From positions 22,710 to 86,709 of IMG/VR virus record IMGVR_UViG_2862421350_000002: a stretch of 64,000 bases of DNA. One strand, 5' to 3'. Below, piece by piece: positions 28,134 through 37,386 of the stretch. The translations under genes and the position numbers were made by a program. Source of the stretch: a virus. Taxonomy: Duplodnaviria; Caudoviricetes. The notes beneath the pieces are model-generated. The model saw only the letters and a program-made list of their open reading frames with translations. It made no database searches and had not been told where the DNA came from. Position 1 is the stretch's first letter. Each line of letters starts with the position of its first letter.

Positions 28134-29129
28134 ATGGCCACGGCCACCGAGGCCCCCGCCAGCGTCACGGCGGAGGGCCCCACCTCGCACACCCAAAACC
28201 AGGCAGTCCCCAGCATCTACCAGCTCATGGCCCTGGTCATGCGCGACGTCCGCGACGTCGGCAAGAACGGCTTCAACGACCACCAGAAGTACAAGTTCCG
28301 TGGTGTCGACGACTTCATCGGCGCCCTCGCCCAGCCGCTCCGTGACCACGGCGTGTTCATGATGACGGAGATCCTCGACTTCCAGACCTCGGTCCGCGGA
28401 AAGATGAACGCCGTCCACATGCGGGTCGCGTTCCACTTCCACGGCCCGGCCGGCGACAAGGTCACCACCAGCACCCTGGGCGAGGCGTCCGACACGGCGG
28501 ACAAGGCGTCGAACAAGGCAATGTCCGCGGCGCTGAAGTACGCCCTGATGCAGACGTTCATGATCCCGGTCGACGCAGGGTCGCTCGACGACGGAGACCG
28601 GGACCACCCAGTGGGCCAGCGGTCACCGGCGGACGCGTACCTGGAGCGGCTGCGGAAGCCCACGGTGTGGAACAACGTGACGGCGCTGACCGCGATGCAC
28701 GCGGAGGCGAAGGGTGACGGCCTCTTGGGTTCGGCGGTGCAGGGCCCGGATGGGGAGACGACGCTTGGGGATCTGATCGTGTCCCGCGGCCGGCAGCTCA
28801 AGGACGAGTTGGCGGCCCGGGAGGAGCGCCAGGCGCAGGAGGCTCCGGTGGCGGCCGCGCAGGTGGCTGCCGAGCACGGTGCTGGCCCGGACCCGATCGA
28901 CAACCTCGTCGGCCAGGTGCAGCGCGGGTGGAACGACGCCACGGAGCTCACGAAGGTCCTTGCGGAGGCGGGGCGCCGAAATCAGCTGCTCCGGGAGGTC
29001 GACGGTCCGACCGGCGGCATGGTCCAGTTCGGCGACATGGTGACGGCCCGCGTACAGGAGCTCAAGGAGCAGGCTCGGCAGGCCGAGCGGAACGGGCACA
29101 CCGACACCCACGAGAGGAGCGCCGCCTGA
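28134..29129 (+). CDS. ERF-family single-strand annealing protein
   Basis: VGKNGFN..QKYKFRGVDD, GEASDTADKASNKAMSAALKYAL.Q.F.IP. Confidence 0.9.
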   Translation: MATATEAPASVTAEGPTSHTQNQAVPSIYQLMALVMRDVRDVGKNGFNDHQKYKFRGVDDFIGALAQPLRDHGVFMMTEILDFQTSVRGKMNAVHMRVAFHFHGPAGDKVTTSTLGEASDTADKASNKAMSAALKYALMQTFMIPVDAGSLDDGDRDHPVGQRSPADAYLERLRKPTVWNNVTALTAMHAEAKGDGLLGSAVQGPDGETTLGDLIVSRGRQLKDELAAREERQAQEAPVAAAQVAAEHGAGPDPIDNLVGQVQRGWNDATELTKVLAEAGRRNQLLREVDGPTGGMVQFGDMVTARVQELKEQARQAERNGHTDTHERSAA

Positions 29130-30139
29130 TGACCGCCTCTCAGGAGCGGGAGCACGGGTACGCGCGGTACAAGCTGGACAAGTGCCGCTGTTACACCTGC
29201 GCGTGGGAGGTGTCCCAGTACGTCGAGGCCCGCGCCCGGGCCATCGCCTACGGAACGTGGCAGCCGTTCGTTGACGCCGAGCCCGTCCGGCAGCACCTCC
29301 AGAACCTTCAGTCGTGCGGTATCGGCCTGCGCCGCATAGCCGAAGCCGTCGGCGTGGACAGGAAGAGGCTGCAAGCGGTCCTGACTGGCCGGCCAGAACG
29401 GGGTACGGGCCCGCAGGAGCGGGTGCGCCCGGAGTTCGCGGCGGCGGTCCTGGCTTTGGAGCATTCACTGGAACTGATGGGCCCCACCACCCCCATCAAC
29501 GCGGCCGGTACCCACCGGAGGCTTCAGGCCCTGATGGTCGCCGGGTGGCCTGTGGAGCGGATTGCTGAGGCTCTGGGGCAGCGAACCTCCAACATGGCGG
29601 CCTTGATGCTTCGCCCGCGGGTCATTGTCCGTACGGCCCTCACGGTCCAGGGCTTGTACGACCAGTGGTGGAAGTCCGACCCGCGTATGCACGGTGTCGA
29701 CGTTCAGGCGTACACCGAGACCCGGAAGCACGCCGCCCGCCTGGGGTGGGCTCCGGTCGGCGCGTGGGACGACGACACCATCGACGACCCGGCCGCGGTA
29801 CCGGACCTGGGCGAGCAGGTCACGCGGACTGAAGCGATCGCCGAGGACGCCACCTGGCTGATGGAGAGCTTCGGCTACGACCGGCAGGCCGCCGCGGATC
29901 GTCTCGGCATCTCGAAGAACGGTGTCGCGCAGGCACTGTCGAGAACGGCGCGCGCAAGCGCCAACGGTTCAGCACCGACAGAACGGCCGGTGCTGACGTG
30001 GGAGCCCCCGAAGTGTGGCGAGGCACGCATGTACCGGCAGCATCTGCGCCGCGGCGAGTCCTGCGAGGAGTGCCGCGGTGCCAACGCTGCCGCGGATCGC
30101 CGGTACCGGCTGACAGGAAGCCGCGCGGAGGCGTCCTAG
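29129..30139 (+). CDS. Multi-domain HTH / Zn-finger phage DNA-binding protein (paralog of 45147-46067)
   Basis: HG.ARY...CRC..C, VDAEPVR.HL, GTHRRLQAL, AWDDDTIDDP. Confidence 0.75.
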   Translation: MTASQEREHGYARYKLDKCRCYTCAWEVSQYVEARARAIAYGTWQPFVDAEPVRQHLQNLQSCGIGLRRIAEAVGVDRKRLQAVLTGRPERGTGPQERVRPEFAAAVLALEHSLELMGPTTPINAAGTHRRLQALMVAGWPVERIAEALGQRTSNMAALMLRPRVIVRTALTVQGLYDQWWKSDPRMHGVDVQAYTETRKHAARLGWAPVGAWDDDTIDDPAAVPDLGEQVTRTEAIAEDATWLMESFGYDRQAAADRLGISKNGVAQALSRTARASANGSAPTERPVLTWEPPKCGEARMYRQHLRRGESCEECRGANAAADRRYRLTGSRAEAS

Positions 30140-30223
30140 CCGCCTGTTCAGCCACTGCATCACCGGCCGGTCCCACCCCGGGGCCGGCCGAAGTCGTCTC
30201 CATCACCTGTTGGGAGGCCCGCC

Positions 30224-30361
30224 ATGGGCGTTGTCCTGCTGTACCTGTCCGTCTCTCTGCTGCTGTCGGCGCCGTTCGGTGTGGCCGCGTGGCGGCACTG
30301 GTCGGACCGAATGCCCGACCGGCCCGGCGTCCCCCCGTTGTCCGAATCTGGGCCGCGATGA
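30224..30361 (+). CDS. Small membrane protein (45 aa)
   Basis: SD GGAGG; MGVVLLYLSVSLLLSAPFGVAAWR. Confidence 0.55.
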   Translation: MGVVLLYLSVSLLLSAPFGVAAWRHWSDRMPDRPGVPPLSESGPR

Positions 30362-30405
30362 CTCGACCCATGACCCAGCTGTACCGGAGCCCCGGAGAGG
30401 AGGCG

Positions 30406-30738
30406 ATGACCATGACCACCACCCAGCAGTACACCGCGATGGCCGCGGTGCTCGTCGTCCTGGCGGGCGCCGGCCGGGTCTGGTGGCAGATGCACCGGTT
30501 GCGGCGGCTCCTGCGGTCGGAGCGTGCCGCCGCACTGCTGACCGATGCCACGCACCACCGGGACATGGAGGCGTTCCGGGCCAGGGTCGCCCGCGCGGTC
30601 GCCGAGCAGCGGGCCGCGGAGGAGTTCACAGCCCGGTTCCTGGACGACCTGGCGGTCATGGCCGCCGCCGACGAGGTGGTGGCCGCCGAGCTGGCCCGCA
30701 CCACACACCACAACCCGCAGGAAGGGGACACCCCATGA
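30406..30738 (+). CDS. Membrane-anchored hypothetical protein
   Basis: SD GAGGAGG; N-terminal TM. Confidence 0.6.
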   Translation: MTMTTTQQYTAMAAVLVVLAGAGRVWWQMHRLRRLLRSERAAALLTDATHHRDMEAFRARVARAVAEQRAAEEFTARFLDDLAVMAAADEVVAAELARTTHHNPQEGDTP

Positions 30739-31601
30739 CCACGACCGTCGATGCGATTGCCGCCCGGCAGCGCCTGGTGGACGACCGGCACTACCGGTAC
30801 CGCGGGTGCGCCCCCGACCCTGACACCCCGGGCATGTCCGCGGGGGACCCTGATGTGCCGCTGGACGCGTGGGGCCCGTACACGGGTGACGGTGCGGAGG
30901 CGCAGAAGACTCGCCTGGACCGGGAGAAGACCGCCCTGCAGATTTGCGGCAGGTGCCCGGTGCTGGCGCTGTGCCGCACCTACGCCAACACCACCACCGT
31001 GGAGGTCGATGCGAACGGCCGGCAGGTCGAGCACCTCGTCGAGCCGGAAGGGGTCATGGGCGGGCAGAAGGCGCTGGCCCGGCACAAGGCACTCATCGAA
31101 CGCAAGCACGTGGAGGCCGCCACCGCCGTGGCGCCTGTGCGGGATCTGGCCGACGCCCGCACTCCGCAGAAGGTCGCGGTCCTGCTCGCCCTGGCCGCCG
31201 AGGTGGCGGACGTACGGGTGGCACACCGTGCCGGTATGGACCTGCGGACGTGCAACTGGCACCGCAGCGCCCTGTGCTCTCTCCTCGACCTGGACAAGGA
31301 GACCGCGACCCGCGACGAACTCCTTACGGTCGCGGTCCTGCGGGGGTTGCTGCCGTCGGCGGCCGGGGTGGTGTGGGACGGGCTGTGGCCTGTCGCCGCA
31401 GCTCCTACGACGGACGGTGTGCGCCAGCGGCGGATAGCCCCGGACATGCCGTTGACCGCCCTCATCCCGCGGCCGCGCACCCGACGCCGGAAGCCGCCGG
31501 CCACCGACACCCGGCTGCGCGTGCGGTACGTCGCGGTGCCTCTCTTCCCGGTGGCGCTGGTCGCCCCGGCCCCTACCCGAGCCCTGGAGCCCGCAGCATG
31601 A
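30735..31601 (+). CDS. WhiB-like Fe-S regulator fused to a LuxR-like HTH
   Basis: C...CGRCPVLALC and EGVMGG; C-terminal TPQKVAVLLALA...VAHRAGMDLRTCNWH.SAL..LL...TRDELL..AV.RGLL. Confidence 0.7.
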   Translation: MTTTVDAIAARQRLVDDRHYRYRGCAPDPDTPGMSAGDPDVPLDAWGPYTGDGAEAQKTRLDREKTALQICGRCPVLALCRTYANTTTVEVDANGRQVEHLVEPEGVMGGQKALARHKALIERKHVEAATAVAPVRDLADARTPQKVAVLLALAAEVADVRVAHRAGMDLRTCNWHRSALCSLLDLDKETATRDELLTVAVLRGLLPSAAGVVWDGLWPVAAAPTTDGVRQRRIAPDMPLTALIPRPRTRRRKPPATDTRLRVRYVAVPLFPVALVAPAPTRALEPAA

Positions 31602-32371
31602 ACCAGCCCACCACCACCGCGGCGGCCGACGCCTCGTCACCGGCCCACGTCGACCGTGCCCTCGCCGACCGGTGCCAGACCTCCGGCGACTACATCGCCG
31701 GCCTCATCGCCCACGGCCACCTCGAAGCCGCCGGCACACCCCGCAAGCTCCCCGCCGCCCTCTTCCCCGACCAGGACCCCGCCGCCGTGCAGCAGGTGTG
31801 GGACGCGGCGCTGGCGGTCGGGTACCGGGCCGGGCAGCTGTCCGTACGACCCACGTGGACGAGGGACGCCCTGGACCGTCTCCAGGCCGCCCTCGACGGG
31901 GCCGGGTTCGTGGCGATGGGACGTCTGGCCGCACGGTCCGCGACCCTGCACCCGCCCCGGCACCCCGCCGACGGCGAGCACCCCGCCGGGCATGACGAGG
32001 ACGACACCACGGCGCGGGACGGGGGCACTGGTGACCGCCCCCCGCCGCGGCCGGCCCGCCGTGTTCGCGCCCCCCGCCCAGACCGCCTACCTCGACCTCG
32101 TACACCACGGGATGCGGCTGGGGGACGCCGCCGAACACCTGGGCATCAACCGGGCCGTGCCCACCCGGCACGCCCGCACCGACCCCGAGTTCGCCACCCT
32201 GCTCGACGAAGCGAAGGCCGTGGGGGCGAAGGTACGGCGGGAGGGAGTACCGCACGACGAGTACCGGTACAACGTGCTCGGCTGCCGCTGCCCGGACTGC
32301 GGCCTGGCCGCCAGGGTCGGCCGCGCCGGACGCCGTACGGACGCAACCGCCGACGAACCCCCGGGCGGTGA
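31598..32371 (+). CDS. Hypothetical protein; the 3' end runs over the next gene
   Basis: Protein-like to ~32030, then an Arg/Pro-rich shadow sequence. Confidence 0.5.
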   Translation: MNQPTTTAAADASSPAHVDRALADRCQTSGDYIAGLIAHGHLEAAGTPRKLPAALFPDQDPAAVQQVWDAALAVGYRAGQLSVRPTWTRDALDRLQAALDGAGFVAMGRLAARSATLHPPRHPADGEHPAGHDEDDTTARDGGTGDRPPPRPARRVRAPRPDRLPRPRTPRDAAGGRRRTPGHQPGRAHPARPHRPRVRHPARRSEGRGGEGTAGGSTARRVPVQRARLPLPGLRPGRQGRPRRTPYGRNRRRTPGR

Positions 32372-32462
32372 CACCACCGGGGACGTCCACCCGATCCGAC
32401 TGGACGGGGCCGTCGTTGGCGACTCTTCTCTTCCTTCCTTTTTGCTGGCCAGGGCTTCTTGA
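32031..32462 (+). CDS. HTH plus Zn-finger DNA-binding protein
   Basis: RGRP...YLDLV..G..LGDAA..LGI...DPEFA; H...RYN..GCRCPDC. Confidence 0.65.
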   Translation: MTAPRRGRPAVFAPPAQTAYLDLVHHGMRLGDAAEHLGINRAVPTRHARTDPEFATLLDEAKAVGAKVRREGVPHDEYRYNVLGCRCPDCGLAARVGRAGRRTDATADEPPGGDTTGDVHPIRLDGAVVGDSSLPSFLLARAS

Positions 32463-32480
32463 GGGGTACCGGGGAAGCTC

Positions 32481-32520
32481 AGCAAGATCACGTTATTAAA
32501 GTCGCAAAAGTATAGGACAG
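32481..32520. repeat. 40-bp inverted repeat, copy B
   Basis: AGCAAGATCACGTTATTAAAGTCGCAAAAGTATAGGACAG. Confidence 0.95.
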
Positions 32521-32904
32521 CGCCCCTGGCCCGTACGGCTGTGCGATGAGCCGCATACCTGACGACAAGTCGGATGAACAACACGATCAGCAAGGAGGCA
32601 GACAAGTGGCGAGAGGAACGGGTAGGCTGCGCTTGACGCCAGACGACCACTCAGGTCCCGGGTGTGCACAGACAAATAGAACGGCCTCGCTCCCCCGGCT
32701 GGTAACCGGGATCGACGCGAGGCCGGTGCCGCAGACAGTCCCTGAAGACTCCTACGGCCGGCCGACACACAACAACGACGAAGGTGCCGACATGGCGAAG
32801 CGTACCCGGGAATCATGCCCCGCAGACAGTAGGCCCCGCAGTTCCGGCGTGAAGATCACACCGCCGACGCACGCGGGCCCTGTCGCCACTACCAACCACG
32901 TCGC

Positions 32905-33330
32905 GTGACCGCCGCCGTCCGGCAGCTTCGCCGGACAGTGCCGCACGTCGCTGCTCAGCCGACCAACAGCAGCCCTGACACCACCGAGGCGCACGGCCTC
33001 CCAGGTGGAGACTGCCTCTGTGGTCGCGGTGAGACCATCGGCACCTGCATCGTCACGGGCGACCGACTGTGGTTCCGGGCTTTCCGAGACTCGCCCGCCG
33101 CCTACCACTTCCAGCGCGTCACCGACTGGGCCTGCGTGGACTGTGTAGCCGACGCCGCCCTGGACGTGGCCACCGGAGTGATCCGCAACCAGATGCGTGA
33201 GCAGGCCCGCGAGCGCGCGGCAGAGATGAACGCACTGATGCGGACCAAGGCCATGCGACAGGAGGCTGGTCTGCCGCCCGTCTCTGCGGCCATCCCTGAG
33301 GGTTGCGACTGGCCGGAGGGCGAGCGATGA
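32905..33330 (+). CDS. Hypothetical protein
   Basis: CLCG...CVDC; coupled to the next gene. Confidence 0.55.
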   Translation: MTAAVRQLRRTVPHVAAQPTNSSPDTTEAHGLPGGDCLCGRGETIGTCIVTGDRLWFRAFRDSPAAYHFQRVTDWACVDCVADAALDVATGVIRNQMREQARERAAEMNALMRTKAMRQEAGLPPVSAAIPEGCDWPEGER

Positions 33331-33599
33331 CCCTCGACCCTGCAGCGCAGCAGCGCTACCAGCGACTCGAAGCCCAAATCGCAACCCTCGGCGGCGAAGA
33401 CGTGCCGATGACAACCGAGGAACTGCGCGACCTCCTCGGCGCGATCATCCACGGCCACAGCCACAGGGATCGCACGGACTTCGACCTCAACCTCGCGATG
33501 ATCGGCGTCGAGAGGCACGTCGAACTCCGCATCCAAGACTTCCTGGCCAAGCAGGCACAGGAGCAGACCTCGCCCAGCAAGGGGGATCAGGTGACCTAG
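33327..33599 (+). CDS. Hypothetical protein
   Basis: SD GGAGG, ATGA overlap. Confidence 0.6.
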   Translation: MTLDPAAQQRYQRLEAQIATLGGEDVPMTTEELRDLLGAIIHGHSHRDRTDFDLNLAMIGVERHVELRIQDFLAKQAQEQTSPSKGDQVT

Positions 33600-33610
33600 C
33601 GATCTTCTAA

Positions 33611-33654
33611 GCGGGAGGTCCTGGGCCCCTTGGCGGGGGCACTTCCTCTACCGC
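33611..33654 (+). promoter_or_regulatory. rep leader hairpin with a TTGGCG loop
   Basis: GCGG-GAGG...GCCCC-TTGGCG-GGGGC...CCTC-CCGC. Confidence 0.5.
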
Positions 33655-33850
33655 TGGCCGCTGATGTTGGCGCATCGTGCGCGGCCACTTCCTACGGCTC
33701 GGTTTGGCGACCGAGCTAAGGCCCGACTTCCGACTTCCGGTTTGGCGACCGGGGCCGATCAGGTCGAGCGACTACTGGGTTCCCACCCATTCACGAGGAC
33801 CCCATCGGGGCTCTCGCTTTCATCCATCCCAAGAAGAGGACGGGTACATA

Positions 33851-35233
33851 GTGCAGTACGACGCACCTGCTTGTCAGCTTGAGCGCGCAAACGATGGCGA
33901 TTCGCGGCAAAAGTCCACCCCAGAACTCGGCACCCAGTGCCCCACCCTGGCCCCGTGGGCGCCCGTCAGTGCCACCGCCATGGAGGTCGGCACCACCACC
34001 TCCCGGCACACCGGCCCCCGGAACTGGCTCCGCTCCGTCGAGTGGCTTATCGCCGCCGGCCTCCACCCCAAGGCCAACCACACCACCCTCGCCGTCGCCC
34101 AGGACCTCGCCAAGCGCATGGACTACAGCACGGGGCACGTCCGCTACGGACTCGAGGACATGGCCGTACGGCTCGACCTTGACCGGTCCAGCGTCGCCCG
34201 GCACGTGAAGTACCTCCGTCAGCTCGGCGCTCTCGTGTGGGCGCAGCACGGCTCCCGCAGCAACATCAAGCGCATCCTCGGCCGCCCCGGGTACGCAGCC
34301 ACCGCCACCGTGTACGCCGCGACGATCCCGGCCGCCTACGACCACGCCATGGGCCACCGCGTCCTCGGCGAGGGGTACGAGGCGCGGGCCATCGCGGTCC
34401 GCCAGGAGACCGCCGTTGCCGGGGGTGCGAATGGGGCCGAATCGGCTGTGGACAACTCCCTTTCGGGCCCTGTGGATAACCCCGCTAAACGATCTCTTGC
34501 GACCCCTTCCCTTACCCCAGCCACCTATGGGGTTCAGGTTCAGATGGTGGGGGGTGTAACTACTACCGCGACGCGGCAGCAAACCACCCCCAGCCCCCCC
34601 TCCCGGACGGCCAAAACCAACAGCGGCAGCAAGAAGCGGGCCACGATCCTCGGCAACACGGTCACCGCGACCGGCATGCGCCTCGGAGACCGCCTCGCCC
34701 ACGCCATCCGCCGCGCCGTTCCGTGGACCCGCCGCGCCACCCACGACCAGCTCCGGTGGATCTGCGCCGACATGGGCGAGCAGCAGTGGACCGAGGACCA
34801 GGCCGTACGGTTCACCGTCGAGACCGGCCACCAGCACGCCGCCGGATACGCCTGGAACCCCCACCAGCCCCACCGCGTCCTCGCTGCCGCCCTCCGCACC
34901 GCCGACGCCGACCAGCTCGAGGACATCCCCCTCGACTCGGCGCACACCGTGGCGTACGAGGACTCCACCGTCGCCCGCAACCGGGCCTCCCTTGAAGCGC
35001 TGTTCGCCCTGATCCCCGCTGACGCTGCCCCGGAGCTCGAGGAGATTCCGGCCGACAGGTACACCAACGAGGACCGGCTCCGCGCCCGCCTCAACTGGAA
35101 CGACTGGCCCGAGGTCGCCCGCCACTACGCCGACGACCCCGACGACGCCCTCGACCTCTACGGCACCAAGCTCTGCACCTACGCCGTCGGCCGGGACGCC
35201 CGCGCCAACAACAGCACCCTCACCCACATCTGA
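33851..35233 (+). CDS. Plasmid-type replication initiator (Rep) with N-terminal winged HTH
   Basis: YGLEDMAVRLDLDRSSVARHVKYLRQLGAL HTH; low-complexity middle holding DnaA boxes; upstream of dciA-parAB; start uncertain. Confidence 0.7.
   Translation: MQYDAPACQLERANDGDSRQKSTPELGTQCPTLAPWAPVSATAMEVGTTTSRHTGPRNWLRSVEWLIAAGLHPKANHTTLAVAQDLAKRMDYSTGHVRYGLEDMAVRLDLDRSSVARHVKYLRQLGALVWAQHGSRSNIKRILGRPGYAATATVYAATIPAAYDHAMGHRVLGEGYEARAIAVRQETAVAGGANGAESAVDNSLSGPVDNPAKRSLATPSLTPATYGVQVQMVGGVTTTATRQQTTPSPPSRTAKTNSGSKKRATILGNTVTATGMRLGDRLAHAIRRAVPWTRRATHDQLRWICADMGEQQWTEDQAVRFTVETGHQHAAGYAWNPHQPHRVLAAALRTADADQLEDIPLDSAHTVAYEDSTVARNRASLEALFALIPADAAPELEEIPADRYTNEDRLRARLNWNDWPEVARHYADDPDDALDLYGTKLCTYAVGRDARANNSTLTHI
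34447..34479 (-). promoter_or_regulatory. Two DnaA boxes inside rep (probable origin)
   Basis: TGTGGACAA (34447) and TGTGGATAA (34471) read TTGTCCACA and TTATCCACA on the minus strand. Confidence 0.7.
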
Positions 35234-35244
35234 CAGGAGCCCGC

Positions 35245-35778
35245 ATGCCCAAGCACGAGGACGCCAACCTCACCGCCGTACGCAACACGGTCAGCGAGAA
35301 CATCAGCTTCTCCGAGGCTGCGAACCTGTCCGAGACCCCCGACACCCTCACCGACGCCCTTCACGCGCAGGCTCTCCTCCAGGCCGCCCGCATCGTCACC
35401 GCCACAGCCACTCCGGGCAGTTCACTGACCGAGGTAGTCGAAGGGGTCGTGCGTGCACTTCACCGAGAAGCCGCCCGCCTGACCGCACCTGAGGCCGCTG
35501 GCACCGCCGACCCGAACCTCGCGGCCATGGAGAAGGCGTCCCGGGAGCTGTCCCCCGCACTTAGGCAGTCACGCGCGCAGCTAGCCGACGATGCCGAACG
35601 ATGCCCGGAGTGCACCACCAGCCTGGCTGCCTACTCCACCCACGAACTCGTCCACGTGCGTATGGAGCCGCGCCCGTTCTGCTCTGGCGAATGCGCCATT
35701 GAGTTCGACGCCCGTCGCAGCGACGCCGCCGTTTACCACCGAGCCTGGGACGTCGTCCGTAAGGGAGACCGCTCGTGA
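35245..35778 (+). CDS. Hypothetical protein with C-terminal Zn finger
   Basis: CPEC...FCSGEC; SD AGGAG. Confidence 0.65.
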   Translation: MPKHEDANLTAVRNTVSENISFSEAANLSETPDTLTDALHAQALLQAARIVTATATPGSSLTEVVEGVVRALHREAARLTAPEAAGTADPNLAAMEKASRELSPALRQSRAQLADDAERCPECTTSLAAYSTHELVHVRMEPRPFCSGECAIEFDARRSDAAVYHRAWDVVRKGDRS

Positions 35779-36539
35779 CCCAGCCGAAGACGGCTGCCGG
35801 GGCGGACCTCGCCCGCCAGGCCCTCGCCGCCTACAAAGCCACCGCACCCAGACAAGGCGCCCCCAAACCCCGCCACCGCGCCCGGCGTGCAAACCGAGGC
35901 GCCGGCCGCGACCCCGTCGGCCTCAGCGGACTCCTCGGCCACCTCAACACCGAACAAGGCTGGGAACTCTCCCTCTCCGCCGGAAGCATCACCGACCGGT
36001 GGGCCGCCCTGTGCCCCGAACTCGTCGGCCACGTCGAACCTGTCGCCTACGACCCCGACCGAGGACGCCTCGACCTCCGCCCCGCCACCCATGCCTACGC
36101 CGCCCACCTCCGCCTCCTCGGCGGACAGATCGCCAAGCGCATCAACGACCAGCTCGGCCGCCAGGTCGTCCGCACCATCCGGCCCCTGCCCGTCGGCCCC
36201 ATCACCGCCACCCCCGCGGCGGCCGCGCCCGGCCGACCCACCGTGCAACGCCCCATCCGCACCCGGGACACAGCGTGCGACGGGTACAAGGAAGCCCTCG
36301 CCGCGATCCGCCGAGCCGAGAAGCCCACGGTCAACCCGAAGGCCGCTGCGGCGATCGAGCGGCAGAACCAGGCGATGGCCCGCGAGCCCGAGGGCCAGTT
36401 CGCCGACGCCGTTGTCGCGGCCGAGGAAGCAGCCGGCCCGCAGCTGTCCGACTCCGAACGCGCCCGCCAAGCCGCCATCGCCCACAAGCACACCGGCGGC
36501 CACACCGCGCCCGTACGACGCGTCTTCGACGTCGCCTGA
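35775..36539 (+). CDS. dciA: DciA (DUF721) helicase-loader-like protein
   Basis: DLARQAL...RDPVGL..LL..L..EQGW......GS...RW.......H.EP......L......AYA..LRLL..QI..RIN..LG. Confidence 0.75.
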   Translation: MTQPKTAAGADLARQALAAYKATAPRQGAPKPRHRARRANRGAGRDPVGLSGLLGHLNTEQGWELSLSAGSITDRWAALCPELVGHVEPVAYDPDRGRLDLRPATHAYAAHLRLLGGQIAKRINDQLGRQVVRTIRPLPVGPITATPAAAAPGRPTVQRPIRTRDTACDGYKEALAAIRRAEKPTVNPKAAAAIERQNQAMAREPEGQFADAVVAAEEAAGPQLSDSERARQAAIAHKHTGGHTAPVRRVFDVA

Positions 36540-36559
36540 GTTTTACGGCCGTAAAACTC
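36538..36559. promoter_or_regulatory. parS-like 22-bp perfect palindrome
   Basis: GAGTTTTACGGCCGTAAAACTC upstream of parA. Confidence 0.75.
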
Positions 36560-36657
36560 GCCCCGCCCAGAGCCCTCTCCGAAGACACCCGACCGGTCTG
36601 ACAGACTGCCCCCAGTCCGGAGTACCGGAACATCGGGAAGTATTCGGAGAGAACCAC

Positions 36658-37386
36658 ATGCCCTACATCACTGTGCTCTTGAACAGGAAGGGCGGAGTGG
36701 GCAAATCGCTCATCACCGTCAACCTGGCCGCCGTCCTCGCCGAGATCGTCGGCGAAGACCAGTCCGTCGCCGTCGTGTCGATAGACCCCCAGGCCACCAG
36801 CGTCGAGCACGCCGAAGAAGTCCGGAAGCAGGGCCGCGAAGTCCCCTTCCGCGTCGTCAACGCCAGCCGCAACGTCGAGCAGCTCCGCAAGCTCCGACGC
36901 GCCAAGGCCGACTTCGTCATCGTCGACACCCCCGGCTTCATGCCCCTCAACGAGGAAGAGGAAGACGACGACTCGATCGACCCCCTCGGCGACGGCACCG
37001 TCGGAGACGCCCTCCGCGCCGTCCTCGACGTAGCCGACGACGTCATCGTCCCCCTCGAAGCCGAAGGGTCCGCCTTCCGCCCCACCCGCACCACCATCGA
37101 ACGCGTCCTCATGCCCCGGCAGATCCCCTACGGCGTCGTCGTCAACAACTGGGATCCCCGCGACGGCGAGATCGACCGCGACCGGACCATCAGCATGGTC
37201 AAGAAGCGCGGCTGGAACCTCTACAACACGACGCTCCGCCACTACAAGCCCCACACCCGCGGCATCACCAACGGACGCTTCTGCACCCAGTACGAGTCCA
37301 ACCACACCGCCACCAAGGCCAAGCAGGACTTCGTCGCCCTCGCCCTCGAGCACCAGATCCGCCGCCAGAAGCAGGCGACCCTCTGA
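36658..37386 (+). CDS. parA: ParA Walker-type partition ATPase
   Basis: NRKGGVGKS, SIDPQ, IVDTPG. Confidence 0.95.
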   Translation: MPYITVLLNRKGGVGKSLITVNLAAVLAEIVGEDQSVAVVSIDPQATSVEHAEEVRKQGREVPFRVVNASRNVEQLRKLRRAKADFVIVDTPGFMPLNEEEEDDDSIDPLGDGTVGDALRAVLDVADDVIVPLEAEGSAFRPTRTTIERVLMPRQIPYGVVVNNWDPRDGEIDRDRTISMVKKRGWNLYNTTLRHYKPHTRGITNGRFCTQYESNHTATKAKQDFVALALEHQIRRQKQATL

